Shown: piece by piece, positions 39,373 to 52,894 of the stretch
How the letters are laid out: each line of letters opens with the position of its first letter
Position numbering within the stretch: the stretch's first letter is position 1
Program-made: the position numbers and the translations under genes
Notes under the pieces: model-generated
What the model was told of the DNA's origin: nothing
Databases searched by the model: none
Seen by the model: only the letters and a program-made list of their open reading frames with translations
Assembly: GCA_964016885.1 (NCBI GenBank)
Contig: CAXHJY010001421.1
Span: 1 to 64,000 of the forward strand
Source of the DNA: Eledone cirrhosa
Lineage: Eukaryota
Direction: 5' to 3'
Length of the DNA: 64,000 nt

Positions 39373-40070
39373 CCAGAAATCAACTACATTCAGATTTGAA
39401 GAGAAATGGATTTTATCTGTTTAAATACTTAAGACCCACCTTTTCCTTTCCTATATTTTGAAATTATATTGTTTCAAGACTTTCTTCAGGAAATTCTGAC
39501 ATTTTGTTGCATCTTACTGTTGGCAACAAGGTATTATCAAAAGAATGTCCAAAATCATCATCATCCCTAAATTTAATATTTTTTTTATAGTTAACTCCTA
39601 GTTACTTTCATAATTTATTTGACCTGAGCTATATGGGTTTGTTTGTCTTTTGTTTTGTTTTCACCATCATCATCACCATTTTACATTTGGTTTTCATGCT
39701 GGCATGGGTTGGTTGGGCCCTCACATTGTGAGACTAAAAAGATCAGTTGATCACATCTTGCTCATATGTTTCATTTTTACATGGTTTCTATGCTAAATGC
39801 CTTTCCTAAAGCCAATCAGATTACAGCGTGTACTGGGAGCATTTTATTGTGGCACCAACACTACCTCTTTCAAGAGTGGCCTGGGTGCATTTTATCACTA
39901 GCAGTACCTCTTAACAGAGTGTATACATGTATATATATATATATATCTATATGAGTGAGACACGGTCACCCAACCAACCGTGCCTCAAATTGGGACAACT
40001 CCCGTCTAACCCATGCTAGCGTGGAAGATGGACATTAAACGATGATGATGATGATATATATATATATACG

Positions 40071-40438
40071 TAGTTGTCCCCCAGTATTCATGGTGTTTAT
40101 GCACCCGCGAAGAGGGAAAAACCGCAAATATTGAATGTGGTCCATAAAAATGTCTATGAACATCAAAATATAACATAAAATATAATAAAAAAGAGGGAGC
40201 ATCTTATACAAAGAAGCATCCAATAGGCTGGCAAATACAATATATTGTTATTAATAATTTAGCGTTTAAAAAATATATATTGCCACAAAAAAGCCATTAA
40301 AAAATCACGGAAGATATTTACAATTCCGCAAATATGCGGTGGTTTCCACAAACAATTATTAGTTAGGTTCTAAGGAAAATTCCGCGAATAACCAAAACCG
40401 CGAATGTCAGGACTGCAAATGCCGGCGGGGTATACTGT
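40071..40438. mobile_element. Possible pogo/Tigger-type MITE
   Basis: Degenerate TIRs (..cccccagtattc / gcggggtatactg), repeated ccgcga motifs, TA-rich flanks. Confidence 0.45.
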
Positions 40439-40473
40439 GTATATATATATATATATATGTTGTATTATAATGA

Positions 40474-40509
<36 letters not shown>

Positions 40510-40758
40510 TCATTATAATACAACATGCTCATTCACATGACAACCAATTTGTGTATCCAGGAAATGGTAAAACACAAAAGTAAGGAAGGAAAAGAAGAGT
40601 TATTTGCATAGTTTTCTCACTTCCTCTTCACACGTGTGTGTCAGCATATCAATGTGCTGTGATGGCTATTAAACATTAGATGTTAGTTTTTGCTGTCATC
40701 ATCATCATCATCATCGTCATCATTTTAAATATACATATATATATATAAATGTATGAAT

Positions 40759-40804
<46 letters not shown>

Positions 40805-41153
40805 GGAGGGACATGGCTTAGTGGTTAGAGCATTGGCCTTGCAATCAGAAGATTGTGAGTTCAATTCTCAGACCGGGTGATGTGTTGTTTCCTTGAGCAA
40901 GACACTTTATTTCACATTGCTCCAGTTTACTCAGCTGTAGAAATGAGATGATAGGGACTGGGGTCCCTATCATTCCACTGCAAAGTGGTCGTGGAGGTGC
41001 CACGGCAAAAAAGCACCCAGCACTCACTGTAAATGAGGTTGGTGTTAGGAAGGGCATCCAGCTGTAGAAATCAAGCCAGAATCAGTTCCCGTCCCACCCT
41101 TGCAAGCAGGAAAAAAGCGGATGTAAAATGATGATGATGATGATGATGATGAT
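40805..41153 (+). mobile_element. Full-length CORE-type SINE with RTE-derived tail
   Basis: tRNA head (TGGCTTAGTGG, GAGTTCAATTC), CORE-like domain, hairpin gatagggac/gtccctatc, RTE 3'UTR modules, (GAT)n. Confidence 0.9.
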
Positions 41154-41557
41154 ATACACACACATATAAGTATTTACATATATATATATATATATACACA
41201 CACACATATAAGTATCTATACAATACCATTGAAGAAAACAAACCACAACACTGATATATTTATCTATCTGACTCTCTATCTACCCAATTCTCTATCTATC
41301 CATCTATCTGTCTGTCTATGGTTTTATTTCTCTATTTATCTATCTTTCTATCAGCCTACATATCTATCTATTTCTCTGAATCTATAGGTATGTCATTCTA
41401 TCAATCTATCTATATATATATATGCATCTTGTATTCTGAGTTTTTCGAATATTAATAATAATATTCAATTTGTTTGCAATTGCAAACAACCTCTTTTTTA
41501 AAGCCATGTCAGTAGAATGAGCCCCCCCATTCTTGCTATTGTGTTAACATGGAAAAA

Positions 41558-41607
41558 GAACTGCAGAGACTAAGGTTTCTGGGTATAACCCTTCATCAGT
41601 ACAGTTC
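41558..41607 (-). ncRNA. Hammerhead ribozyme motif
   Basis: gaacugua-CUGAUGA-a-ggg-uuaua-ccc-a-GAAA-C-cuua-GUC-uc-ugcaguuc. Confidence 0.65.
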
Positions 41608-41840
41608 ACTGTTCACCTGCCAACTGTCAGAGCTAGTGAAAATATATATTTCCTAAAATATACACTGACTGATCGGCCTGATTTGCATATTAGCAGACTA
41701 GCTGATCATTCAGATCTGCATATTAGCAGATCCACTGATCAGCCAGATTTGCATATCAGCAGACTGGCCAGTCAGTTTCCTGTATACAAGCGATTAATGG
41801 CCAGCTTTGCCATATTAAAAAAAAAAAAAAAAATGTAATT

Positions 41841-41912
41841 ATTTCCTTACCGAAGGTTTCGAGAAACTAAATGATTCTTGCAGAAACATCTAGCTGGTTC
41901 ATCAGGCAAAAC
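41841..41912 (-). ncRNA. Hammerhead ribozyme motif, long stem II
   Basis: CUGAUGA-acc-agcuagaug..cauuuaguu-ucuc-GAAA-CC-uuc-GG-UA-aggaaau; stem I and stem II base partly decayed. Confidence 0.6.
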
Positions 41913-41919
41913 AATTATA

Positions 41920-42270
41920 TATGTAGGTGTCACGATTACAAGTACCCAGCGCACACTGTAAAGTGGTCATGTAGGAGACACAGCAAAAAGCACCCAGCGC
42001 ACACTGTAAAGTGGTCATGTAGGAGACACAGCAAAAAGCACCCAGCCCACACTGTAAAGTGGTCATGTAGGAGACACAGCAAAAACCACCCAGCACACAG
42101 TGTAAATGTGGTTGGCATTAGGAAGGGCATCGACCTGTAGAAATCTAACCAGAAATAGTCCTATATGATGAAGACAGGATCACCTGACCCAACTTGTCTC
42201 TAATGGGACAAACCTGTCTAACCCATGCTAGCATGGAAAATAAACGTTAAACGATGATGATGATGATGAT
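41920..42270 (+). mobile_element. RTE 3'UTR fragment with a tandemly amplified ~45-bp module
   Basis: cacactgtaaagtggtcatgtaggagacacagcaaaaagcacccagc x3; (GAT)n tail. Confidence 0.8.
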
Positions 42271-42730
42271 CCATCTATCTATTTATCCACCTAATTATCC
42301 ATCTTTCTATCTGTACACCTACCTATCTATCTCTTTATCCAGCTAACTATCAATATAATCTAACTAACCTACCTATCTGTCTATCATATCTGTCTATCAA
42401 CTGGTATATCAGTCATTTTGACTGTCTATCTATAGCAATCTATTTACCAATGTAACTATCTTCAGACATGAACAACGATAACAACAACATCAATATGCAA
42501 TGAATCCCAATATCTGTCTAAAAATAGACAGATACATAGGTAGAACAAAGTAATTGTAATTCAATAGATATATGTTTGATAATGACTATGGAAAATATAG
42601 GAAAGAAATATTGTAATTGATATAAATGAATCTAAAAAGGAAATTCAAACATTCAAGGATCTTTACAGAGATATTAAATTATTAAATATATTCTTGCTAT
42701 AAACACTGTCATTTTTGACTGATACTATGT

Positions 42731-42731
42731 T

Positions 42732-42769
<38 letters not shown>

Positions 42770-42935
42770 TATTTTACATCCGCTTTTCCCTGCTTGCAAG
42801 GGTTGGATGGGTCCTATTCAGCACAGCATCTCTCCATCCGTCATGGTCCTTTGTCATCTCCTCCGTGAGCTTCAGCAATCTGAGATCAGCTCTCACCACC
42901 TCCGCCCGTGTTTTTCGTGGTCTTCCTCTACTGCT
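42731..42935 (-). mobile_element. RTE LINE 3' fragment
   Basis: RGRPRKT..WRDAVL on the - strand, (GAT)n tail. Confidence 0.75.
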
Positions 42936-43004
42936 AGTATATAGATATACATATATATGTAGGTGTATGTATATATATATATATAGTTATATATAACTAT
43001 ATAA

Positions 43005-43223
43005 ATTTCGTTTTTAAATTTGCTTTGCAAGATTTCTTATCTGAAAACGTGTGTTGAAACCGATATTGTTATACTTTAGGAGGGTCATGCTGCCAATAAA
43101 AACACATGTGCCTATTGGTTGTGTGTTTTTATTGGCAGCATGACCCTCCCAAAGTATAACAATATCGGTTTTAACACACGTTTTCAGATAAGAAATCTTG
43201 CAAAGCAAATTTAAAAACGAAAT
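43005..43223. repeat. Near-perfect 219-bp hairpin (102-bp arms, 15-nt loop)
   Basis: 43005-43106 / 43122-43223, two mismatches seen. Confidence 0.92.
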
Positions 43224-43277
43224 ATATATGGTCATATATATATGTCTAGGTGTGTGTGTGTAAGATAGTATATATAT

Positions 43278-43792
<515 letters not shown>

Positions 43793-43879
43793 CATAAATA
43801 TTTTTTATCTTCACTTGTCTGTTAGTTGTATATATATGTGTATGTAGAATTATATAAATATATATGTATATATATATAT

Positions 43880-43982
<103 letters not shown>

Positions 43983-44437
43983 ATGTTCATATAAATATAT
44001 ATGAACACATTCATGCACATACACACATATCAATCATTCAATCTATCTATCAATGCATATATATATAATTATATTTATATATACATATGTGTGTATATAT
44101 ATATGTATATGTATATATATATATACATATATATAGATATATATGTATATATATATACATGTATATATATGTGTGTATATATGTATGTATGTATATATAT
44201 ATAAATATACATGTATATATACATATATATATGTATATATGTATATATGTATATACATATATATATATATATATGTATATACATACATATATATATATAT
44301 ATATATGTATGTATACATACATATATATATTAATATAATATATTTATGTACATATACATACATAAGTTAAATGTTTAAATATATGTATAAATATGCACAC
44401 ACACACGCACACACATATAAATGTATATATGTGTTTG

Positions 44438-44488
<51 letters not shown>

Positions 44489-44496
44489 CATATATA

Positions 44497-44556
<60 letters not shown>

Positions 44557-44564
44557 CATATATA

Positions 44565-44610
<46 letters not shown>

Positions 44611-44624
44611 TGTATATATATATA

Positions 44625-44655
<31 letters not shown>

Positions 44656-44843
44656 GCATATATATATAATGGCAGCTGCTGCATCAAATTTTCTTTCATT
44701 TCGTTGAAATTTATTATTTATCAGGCTATTAAATAAATTGTTTCTTTTAGAAGTTTCAAACTGAAGCAAAACGTTTTCCAATTCCTACGCACACTCAAAA
44801 GTATATATATATATGTATGTTTATATATGTATATGTATATGTA

Positions 44844-44874
<31 letters not shown>

Positions 44875-45013
44875 GTATATAGACATATATGTATGTGTAT
44901 GATGTGTATGCATGTGACAGAATACATATAACAGAAACATACATACACACATCATCATCATCATCATCATCATTTTATAATATAATAACTTCAACTGCAC
45001 ATGTGAATGTTAC

Positions 45014-45061
<48 letters not shown>

Positions 45062-45156
45062 GTACCTATGTATATATATATATATAAATACATATGTATG
45101 TATATGTATGTATATATATACATATATATTTACATATATATATACATATATATATG

Positions 45157-45231
<75 letters not shown>

Positions 45232-45686
45232 GTAACATTCACATGTGCAGTTGAAGTTGAGTGCCTCTCTATGGCTGCATGGAATTCAAGAATCTTGATG
45301 ATGATGATGATGATGATAATGGTTGTGTTAGGGCTTTGATTCGTTGTTGCAGTTGTTGTGAAAAACAATTTTTCTAAAATTGAGGTAGCTGAAATACTGG
45401 AATGTGACACTTTTTAAGTAGTATGAAACATGTATATATATATATATATATATATACATACATATATATATATACATATACATATAGACACACATACAAA
45501 CATACTAGTACTGTTTCATTCGGGAGATTTCTCCCGAATGAAACAGTACTGATCCTGTAAAAAAATTTTCTATATTAAATATATATATATATATATAAGT
45601 TATTCTGGGTTGAATCGGAGGTAACCACAGTAAGTAAGGTACTCAATACATAGCAGAGTATAAAAGTTTTAATATAGAAGAGCTTC

Positions 45687-45754
<68 letters not shown>

Positions 45755-45850
45755 CATACATATATACATATATATATATATACATATATATATACATATA
45801 TATATATATGTGTATATATACATATACTTACATATACATACATACATACA

Positions 45851-46734
45851 GGAAATCAACACAAAATTCCTGATTCACAATAGAGATAGGGATGCAGGCA
45901 AAACACCTAGATGTGACATCAAGTGCAGACTCTGCAGAACTAACATCGAAGATATCACCCATGTCATAAGCAGCAGTCCAAAGATGTCATCACGGTACTA
46001 TCTACCTATGAGGCATGATATAGTGGCCAAAACACTGTACAATGCAATCCGTAGAAAAGATAGCCCCGACAATAAACACATTAAAAGTTACAGCAATGTG
46101 GAAGACATATACATACATAATATGAAAGAGTACTGGTGGAATGTTCCAGTAAAAACCCCAATAAAGTGCAGGCATAACAGACCAGATATAATGATATGGG
46201 ACAGGGAAAAGAAGGCATGCACAGTAGTGGAAATTAGCTGCCCAGCAGATGCCAATATAATATCAAAGGTTAGCGAAAAGGAGAATATCTATGCAGAACT
46301 AATGATAAATCTACAGATACTCCACCCTGACTATACCTTCAGATTTATGCCTGTGATTATTGGGCCACTGGGGTATGTTAGTAACTGCCTCAATACAAAT
46401 CTTGAGAAGCTGGGCTTCACAGAACCAGAAAGAACACAACTAGTTAGGAAATTACAACTACAATATCTTAAATACCTTAATGGAACAGTAAAATTATGTA
46501 AAACATTCCAAAAATTCTGCATCTAATAACTGCATATACACTTTTACAGATACAAAGCATATGCACATGCACACATATAAATCAAAACATTCACATCCAC
46601 ATGTGCAATAACATCCATACCTGCACATTCATGCAAGCATGCAGACATATCTACCTAGTTGATGTTGTGTAAATTCCAATGAGAGAGTTTTGTATCTATT
46701 GGTAAAAATGTGTGAAACGATAAAACCAGAACAA
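45851..46734 (+). mobile_element. RLE-type (R4/Dong-like) non-LTR retrotransposon, 5'-truncated: zinc knuckle and restriction-like endonuclease
   Basis: [15 protein letters not shown] (CCHC, last C to S), [28 protein letters not shown]; open to 46526; CATA repeats on both sides. Confidence 0.88.
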
Positions 46735-46794
46735 CATACATACATACATACATACATACATACATACATACATACATACATACATACATACTTA

Positions 46795-47357
46795 CATGGT
46801 GGCTGCCAACTCGTTTTCGAGTACGGCCACTACTTTATATCCATGTAGGAGAACCCCTACCGATACGCTGAACGAGTGTGACTTTTTAGTCCAGCCAGCG
46901 ACTTGAAACTCTGGTACAAACACTACACTTGTGACAATTATTTACACATAGTGCTGGGCCCATGGTACCATGTGACGACAAGTGCAGAGAGATCTCCAGA
47001 TATAAAGCAATGCCTGTGCCGTGAAGCTTTTATAGTGAGCAAAGGCACTGCACAAAGCCAGTCCCACTCTCTTAACCAATTTGATATTTACCAAAAAGAA
47101 GAACAAGTCAACATCATTGGATACCATCAGGGTTGCAGGTGTTATATCAGAGTTTTCCTTCTCCTAGAATTCTGCCTTGACAAAAGCTAAGGGGTCATCT
47201 CTCCCGGTGATTTTGGATGGCTCATGGTCAGGTCGTTGGCGACTAAACTGGCAACCTCACCAAGGTTTCTTGGTGAGGAGGGTGACTTTGGACATCCTGC
47301 AGGACTAAAAACAAAACCTGTCAAAGGGCAAAGGAGCTCTTAAGAGTCAATGGCCAC
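46795..47357 (-). mobile_element. Non-coding non-autonomous retroelement (~560 bp) embedded in (CATA)n
   Basis: Multicopy (10680, 21290, 10398); no coding homology recognised; (CATA)n on both flanks. Confidence 0.7.
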
Positions 47358-47361
47358 ATAC

Positions 47362-47392
<31 letters not shown>

Positions 47393-47418
47393 CATACATA
47401 CATACATACATACATACA

Positions 47419-47449
<31 letters not shown>

Positions 47450-47451
<2 letters not shown>

Positions 47452-47656
47452 TTGTATTGAGGCAGTTACTAACATACCCCAGTGGCCCAATAATCACAGG
47501 CATAAATCTGAAGGTATAGTCAGGGTGGAGTATCTGTAGATTTATCATTAGTTCTGCATAGATATTCTCCTTTTCGCTAACCTTTGATATTATATTGGCA
47601 TCTGCTGGGCAGCTAATTTCCACTACTGTGCATGCCTTTTTTTCCCTGTCCCATAT
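47450..47656 (-). mobile_element. Inverted 207-bp copy of RLE-LINE segment 46194-46400
   Basis: Shares private variants with the upstream copy. Confidence 0.85.
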
Positions 47657-48232
47657 TCGTAAAAAAGATAACCCCAATAATAAACACATTAAAAGCTACA
47701 ACAATGTGGAAGACATCCATGTACATAATATGAAAGAGTACTGGTGGAATGTTCCAGTAATAACCCCAATAAAATGCAAGCATAACAGACCAGATATTAT
47801 GATATGGGACAGGGAGAAGAAAACATGCACAGTAGTGGAAATTAGCTGCCCAGCAGATGCCAATATAATATCAAAGATTAGTGAAAAGGAGAATATTTAT
47901 GCAGAACTGATGAGAAATCTGCAGATACTCCACCCTGATTACACCTTCAGATGTATGCCTGTGATTGTTGGGGCACTGGGTTATGTTAGTAACTGCCTCA
48001 ATACATATCTTGAGAAGCTAGGCTTCACAGGAACAGAAAGAACACAACTAGTTAGGAAATTATAAGTACAATCCATTAATGGAACAGTAAAAATATGTAA
48101 AACATTCCAAAAATACATACATATCTACCTAGTTGATGTTGTGTAAATTCCAATGAGAGAGTCTTGTGTCTATGTAAGAAACCGACTCTCTCTCTATTGG
48201 TAAAACTTTGTGAAATTATAAAACCAGAAGAA
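47657..48232 (+). mobile_element. RLE-type LINE 3' fragment
   Basis: [23 protein letters not shown]; same 3' terminus followed by (CATA)n. Confidence 0.85.
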
Positions 48233-49236
48233 TATACATACATACATACATACATACATATATTTCCTTTGTAGTTGCTGTGGGCCACTTTTTCTGTTTA
48301 TAGGGGTATTCTCTAAGCTGTGTCATAGCAATTTACCTATATTCGAAATGTTCTACATTTCTAAACACAAATATATATATAATCATCATCTTTACTTTTC
48401 CATGTTGGCATGGGTCGGACAAGATATTTGGGACAATATTTTACATGGCGATACCCTTCTTAATACCTACTATTATAGTCACCTCATATGACATATAGTG
48501 ATATGGTGTATCTATTCTAAAATTTAAGATCTATATGTATATATGTGAATATGTGTGTGTGTCAGTATATGTGTGTATGTGTCTCTATATGTGTGTATAT
48601 GTGTATGTGTGCATATGTATGCGTGTGTCTGTTTCTCTTTATATATATCTGTGTGTGTATGTGTATGCATGTGTGAATGTGAATAAGTCTCTATATATGT
48701 CTGTGTGTGTGTGTGTATGTGAATATGTATGTGCATGTCAGTATATATGTGTATGTGTCTGTGTATGTGTCTCTATATGAGTGTGTGTACACATATATGT
48801 TAGTCTGTGTTTGTCTCTATGTGTGTATGAGTATATGTATGTGTTTGTTTCTATGTATAAGCGTGTGATTCCCCTTCTCTACTGCTATGTTTCTATTCTT
48901 CTATTCATCTATTCATATAATCTTATATTCTTTTATTCTATTCTGTTCACCTTGCTTGGATTCTTCCATGAGTGAAGCCTGAAAATAAAATCATCATCAC
49001 CATCATCATCATCAACATCATCCCCATCATCATCATCATCATCATATATTGACATCACCATCATCATCATCATCATTATCCTAATCATCATCATCATCAT
49101 CATCATCATCTTCATCATCATCACCATCATCAGCAGCATCACATCATCATCATTAATATCTCTGTCAATGACATCACCATCATTATCATCATCATCACCA
49201 TCATCACATTGTCATCATTAATATCTCTGTCATTGA

Positions 49237-49417
49237 CGGGGGATTGGCAGAATCAGTAGAGGGTCGGACGCCATACTTTGACGCATGGAGTAACGGCCCT
49301 TGCCATTCAAATCCCGCCAAGGTTAACTTTGCCTTTCATCCTTACGGGGTCGATAAAACAAAGTACCAGTAATGCACTGGGACAATTGCTGGCCTTGTGC
49401 CAAAAGTAGAAACAATT
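49237..49417 (+). mobile_element. SINE family 2 in a (CAT)n tract
   Basis: Family match; atatct(ct)gtcattgac repeated on both sides (TSD-like). Confidence 0.8.
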
Positions 49418-49551
49418 AATATCTGTCATTGACATCACCATCATTATCATCACCATCAGCATCTCCATCAGCATCAAAAATCATCATCATCATTAACATC
49501 ATCATCACCATCTCAACCACCACATCATCCACCAAAAAACATTAACATCAC

Positions 49552-51145
49552 CTACAACACCAACAACAATATCAACACCAACAACAACAACAACAACATC
49601 AACACCAACAACAACACCAACAACAACACCAACAACAACAATAACACCAACAACACCAACAACAACACCAACAACAACAACAACAACACCAACAACAACA
49701 ACACCAACAACAACAACACCAACAACAACAATAACACCAACAACACCAACAACAACACCAACAACAACACCAACAACAACACCAGCAACAACACCAACAA
49801 CAACACCAGCAACAACACCAACAACAACACCAGCAATAACACCAACAACAACAATAACACCAACAACACCAGCAACAATACCAACAACACCAGCAACAAC
49901 ACCAGCAACAACAACAATAAGACCTACAATAACACCAACATCAACACCAACAACACCACCAACAACAACAACAACACCAACAACAACAATAACACCAACA
50001 ACACCAACAACACCAACAACAACACCAACACCAACAACAACAACACCAACAACAACACCAACACCAACAACACCACCAACAACACCAACAACACCAGCAA
50101 CAACACCAGCAACAACAACAATAAGACCTACAATAACACCAACATCAACACCAACAACACCACCAACAACAACAACAACACCAACAACAACAATAACACC
50201 AACAACACCAACAACACCAACAACAACACCAACACCAACAACAACAACACCAACAACAACACCAACACCAACAACAACAACAACACCAACAACAACATCA
50301 ACACCAACAACAACAACAACAACACCAACAACACCAACAACAACACCAACAACACCAACAACAACAACAACACCAACAACAACAACAACACCAACAACAA
50401 CATCAACACCAACAACACCAACAACAACAACAACAACAACAACACCAACAACAACACCAACAACACCAACAACAACATCAACACCAACAACACCAACAAC
50501 AACACCAACACCAACAACACCAACAACAACACCAACACCAACAACAACAACAACACCAACAACAACATCAACACCAACAACAACAACAACAACACCAACA
50601 ACACCAACAACAACACCAACAACACCAACAACAACAACAACACCAACAACAACAACAACACCAACAACAACATCAACACCAACAACACCAACAACAACAA
50701 CAACAACAACAACACCAACAACAACACCAACAACACCAACAACAACAACACCAACAACAAAACCAACAACAACATCAACACCAACAACACCAACAACAAC
50801 ACCAGCAACAACAACAACAACAATAAGACCTACAATAACAACACCAACAACACCAACAACACCAACAACAACACCAACAACAACATCAACACCAACAACA
50901 ACACCAACAACTACAACACCAACACCTACAATAACACCACCAACAACAACAACACCAACAATAATAGTAACAACAACAACAATAACAACAACAACAATAA
51001 TAGTAACAACAACAACAATAATAGTAACAACAACAATAACAACAACAACAATAACAACAACAACAACAATAATAGTAACAACAATAATAGTAACAACAAC
51101 AATAATAGTAACAACACCAACAACAACAGTAACAACAATAACAAT
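49552..51145. repeat. (CAA/CAC)n compound trinucleotide satellite
   Basis: Direct inspection; marker aataagacctacaataac recurs at about 49916, 50120, 50822. Confidence 0.95.
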
Positions 51146-51249
51146 GAGAGGTGTAGGGGGGAGGTGATACCAAAATCAATGTCTGTCAATGTCTTTGTTG
51201 TTATTGCAGTGAAGCATACCTTATCAGGTGGTGACTTGTAACAGAACAG

Positions 51250-52360
51250 CACACATATATATAGTACACACACATATATACACACATACACCACACACAC
51301 ACACATATATACACACATACACCACACACATACACACACAAACATACACACACATACACCACACACACACACACACATTTATACACACATACACCACACA
51401 CACCACACACACCACACACATACACACACAAACATACACACACATACACCACACACACACACACATTTATACACACATACACCACATACACCACACACAT
51501 ACACACACAAACATACACACACATACACCACACACACACACACATATACACATACATACACCACACACACCACACACACCACACACATACACACACATAC
51601 ACCACACACACACATATATATACACACACATACACCACACACACCACACACAAACATACACACACATACACCACACACACACATATATATACACACATAC
51701 ACCACACACACCACACACATACACACACATACCACACACACATACCACTCATACACACACATACCACAGATGTACCACACACATACCACTCATACACACA
51801 CACATACCACTCATACACACACATGCCAAACACATACTACACACACCATGCACACACACACACCCATTCACACACACACCCATGCACACTCCACACCACA
51901 ACACCCATCCATACACCACACTACAACACCCACCCATACACCACACTACAACACCCACCCATACACCACACTACAACACCCACCCACCATACAACACCCA
52001 CCCATACACCACACCACAACACCCACCCATGCACCACACTACCACACACACCCATACACCACACTACAACACCCACCCAACACACTACAACACCTACCCA
52101 TACACCACACTACAACACCCACCCATACACCACACCACAACACCCACCCATACACCACACTACAACACCCACCCATATGCACACACACACCAACTACACT
52201 ACACCCATCACACATACACTCACCACACTGCACCCATCACCTATACACACATACCACACTGCACCCACCACAACACACTATACACACCTCACGATACTAC
52301 ACCCACCACCTATACAGATACACCCTCCAGCCAACAACCACCCCCACACACACACATACA
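51250..52360. repeat. CA-rich low-complexity and minisatellite region
   Basis: Degenerate (CA)n and CCCATACACCACACTACAACACCCA units. Confidence 0.9.
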
Positions 52361-52894
52361 TATCATCATCATCATCATTTTACGTCTGCTTTTCCCTGCT
52401 TGCAAGGGTGGCACGGGTCTTTATGTATATGTATATATGTATGCATGTGTGTGTAGAGAGAGGGGGGGGGAGATAAAGATTAATAAGGATTTAAATTAAA
52501 TCATTTAATTGATTCACAAGCGTTTCATTAGACTAATATATATATAAACTGTGCTAAAAAAACATACAAGACATGATTAGAAAAAAGAAATTTAATTATA
52601 CATTTTTATGAGGGGTGGATAGGGCCCCTGAGTCCAGTAAGACGACCTCTCTAGTGCTGGTGGCACGAATAAAAAGCACCTAGTCCATGCTGTAAAATGG
52701 AGGGGTAAAGAGGGCCCCTGAGTCCAGTAAGACAACCTCTCTACTGCTGGTGGCACGAATAAAAGCACCCAGTTCATGCTGCAAAGTGGTGCTGGTGTTA
52801 GGAAGGGCATCCAACCAGTATAATAAAGGCCAACATTATGAGCACAACATGTGTTCCATTATTGAGTCATATATATATTTTTAAAAAGTGTTAA

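Noticed and set aside
40805-40875. tRNA gene (Cys-like anticodon loop)
   Set aside because: No proper acceptor stem and continuous with a SINE body; it is a SINE head
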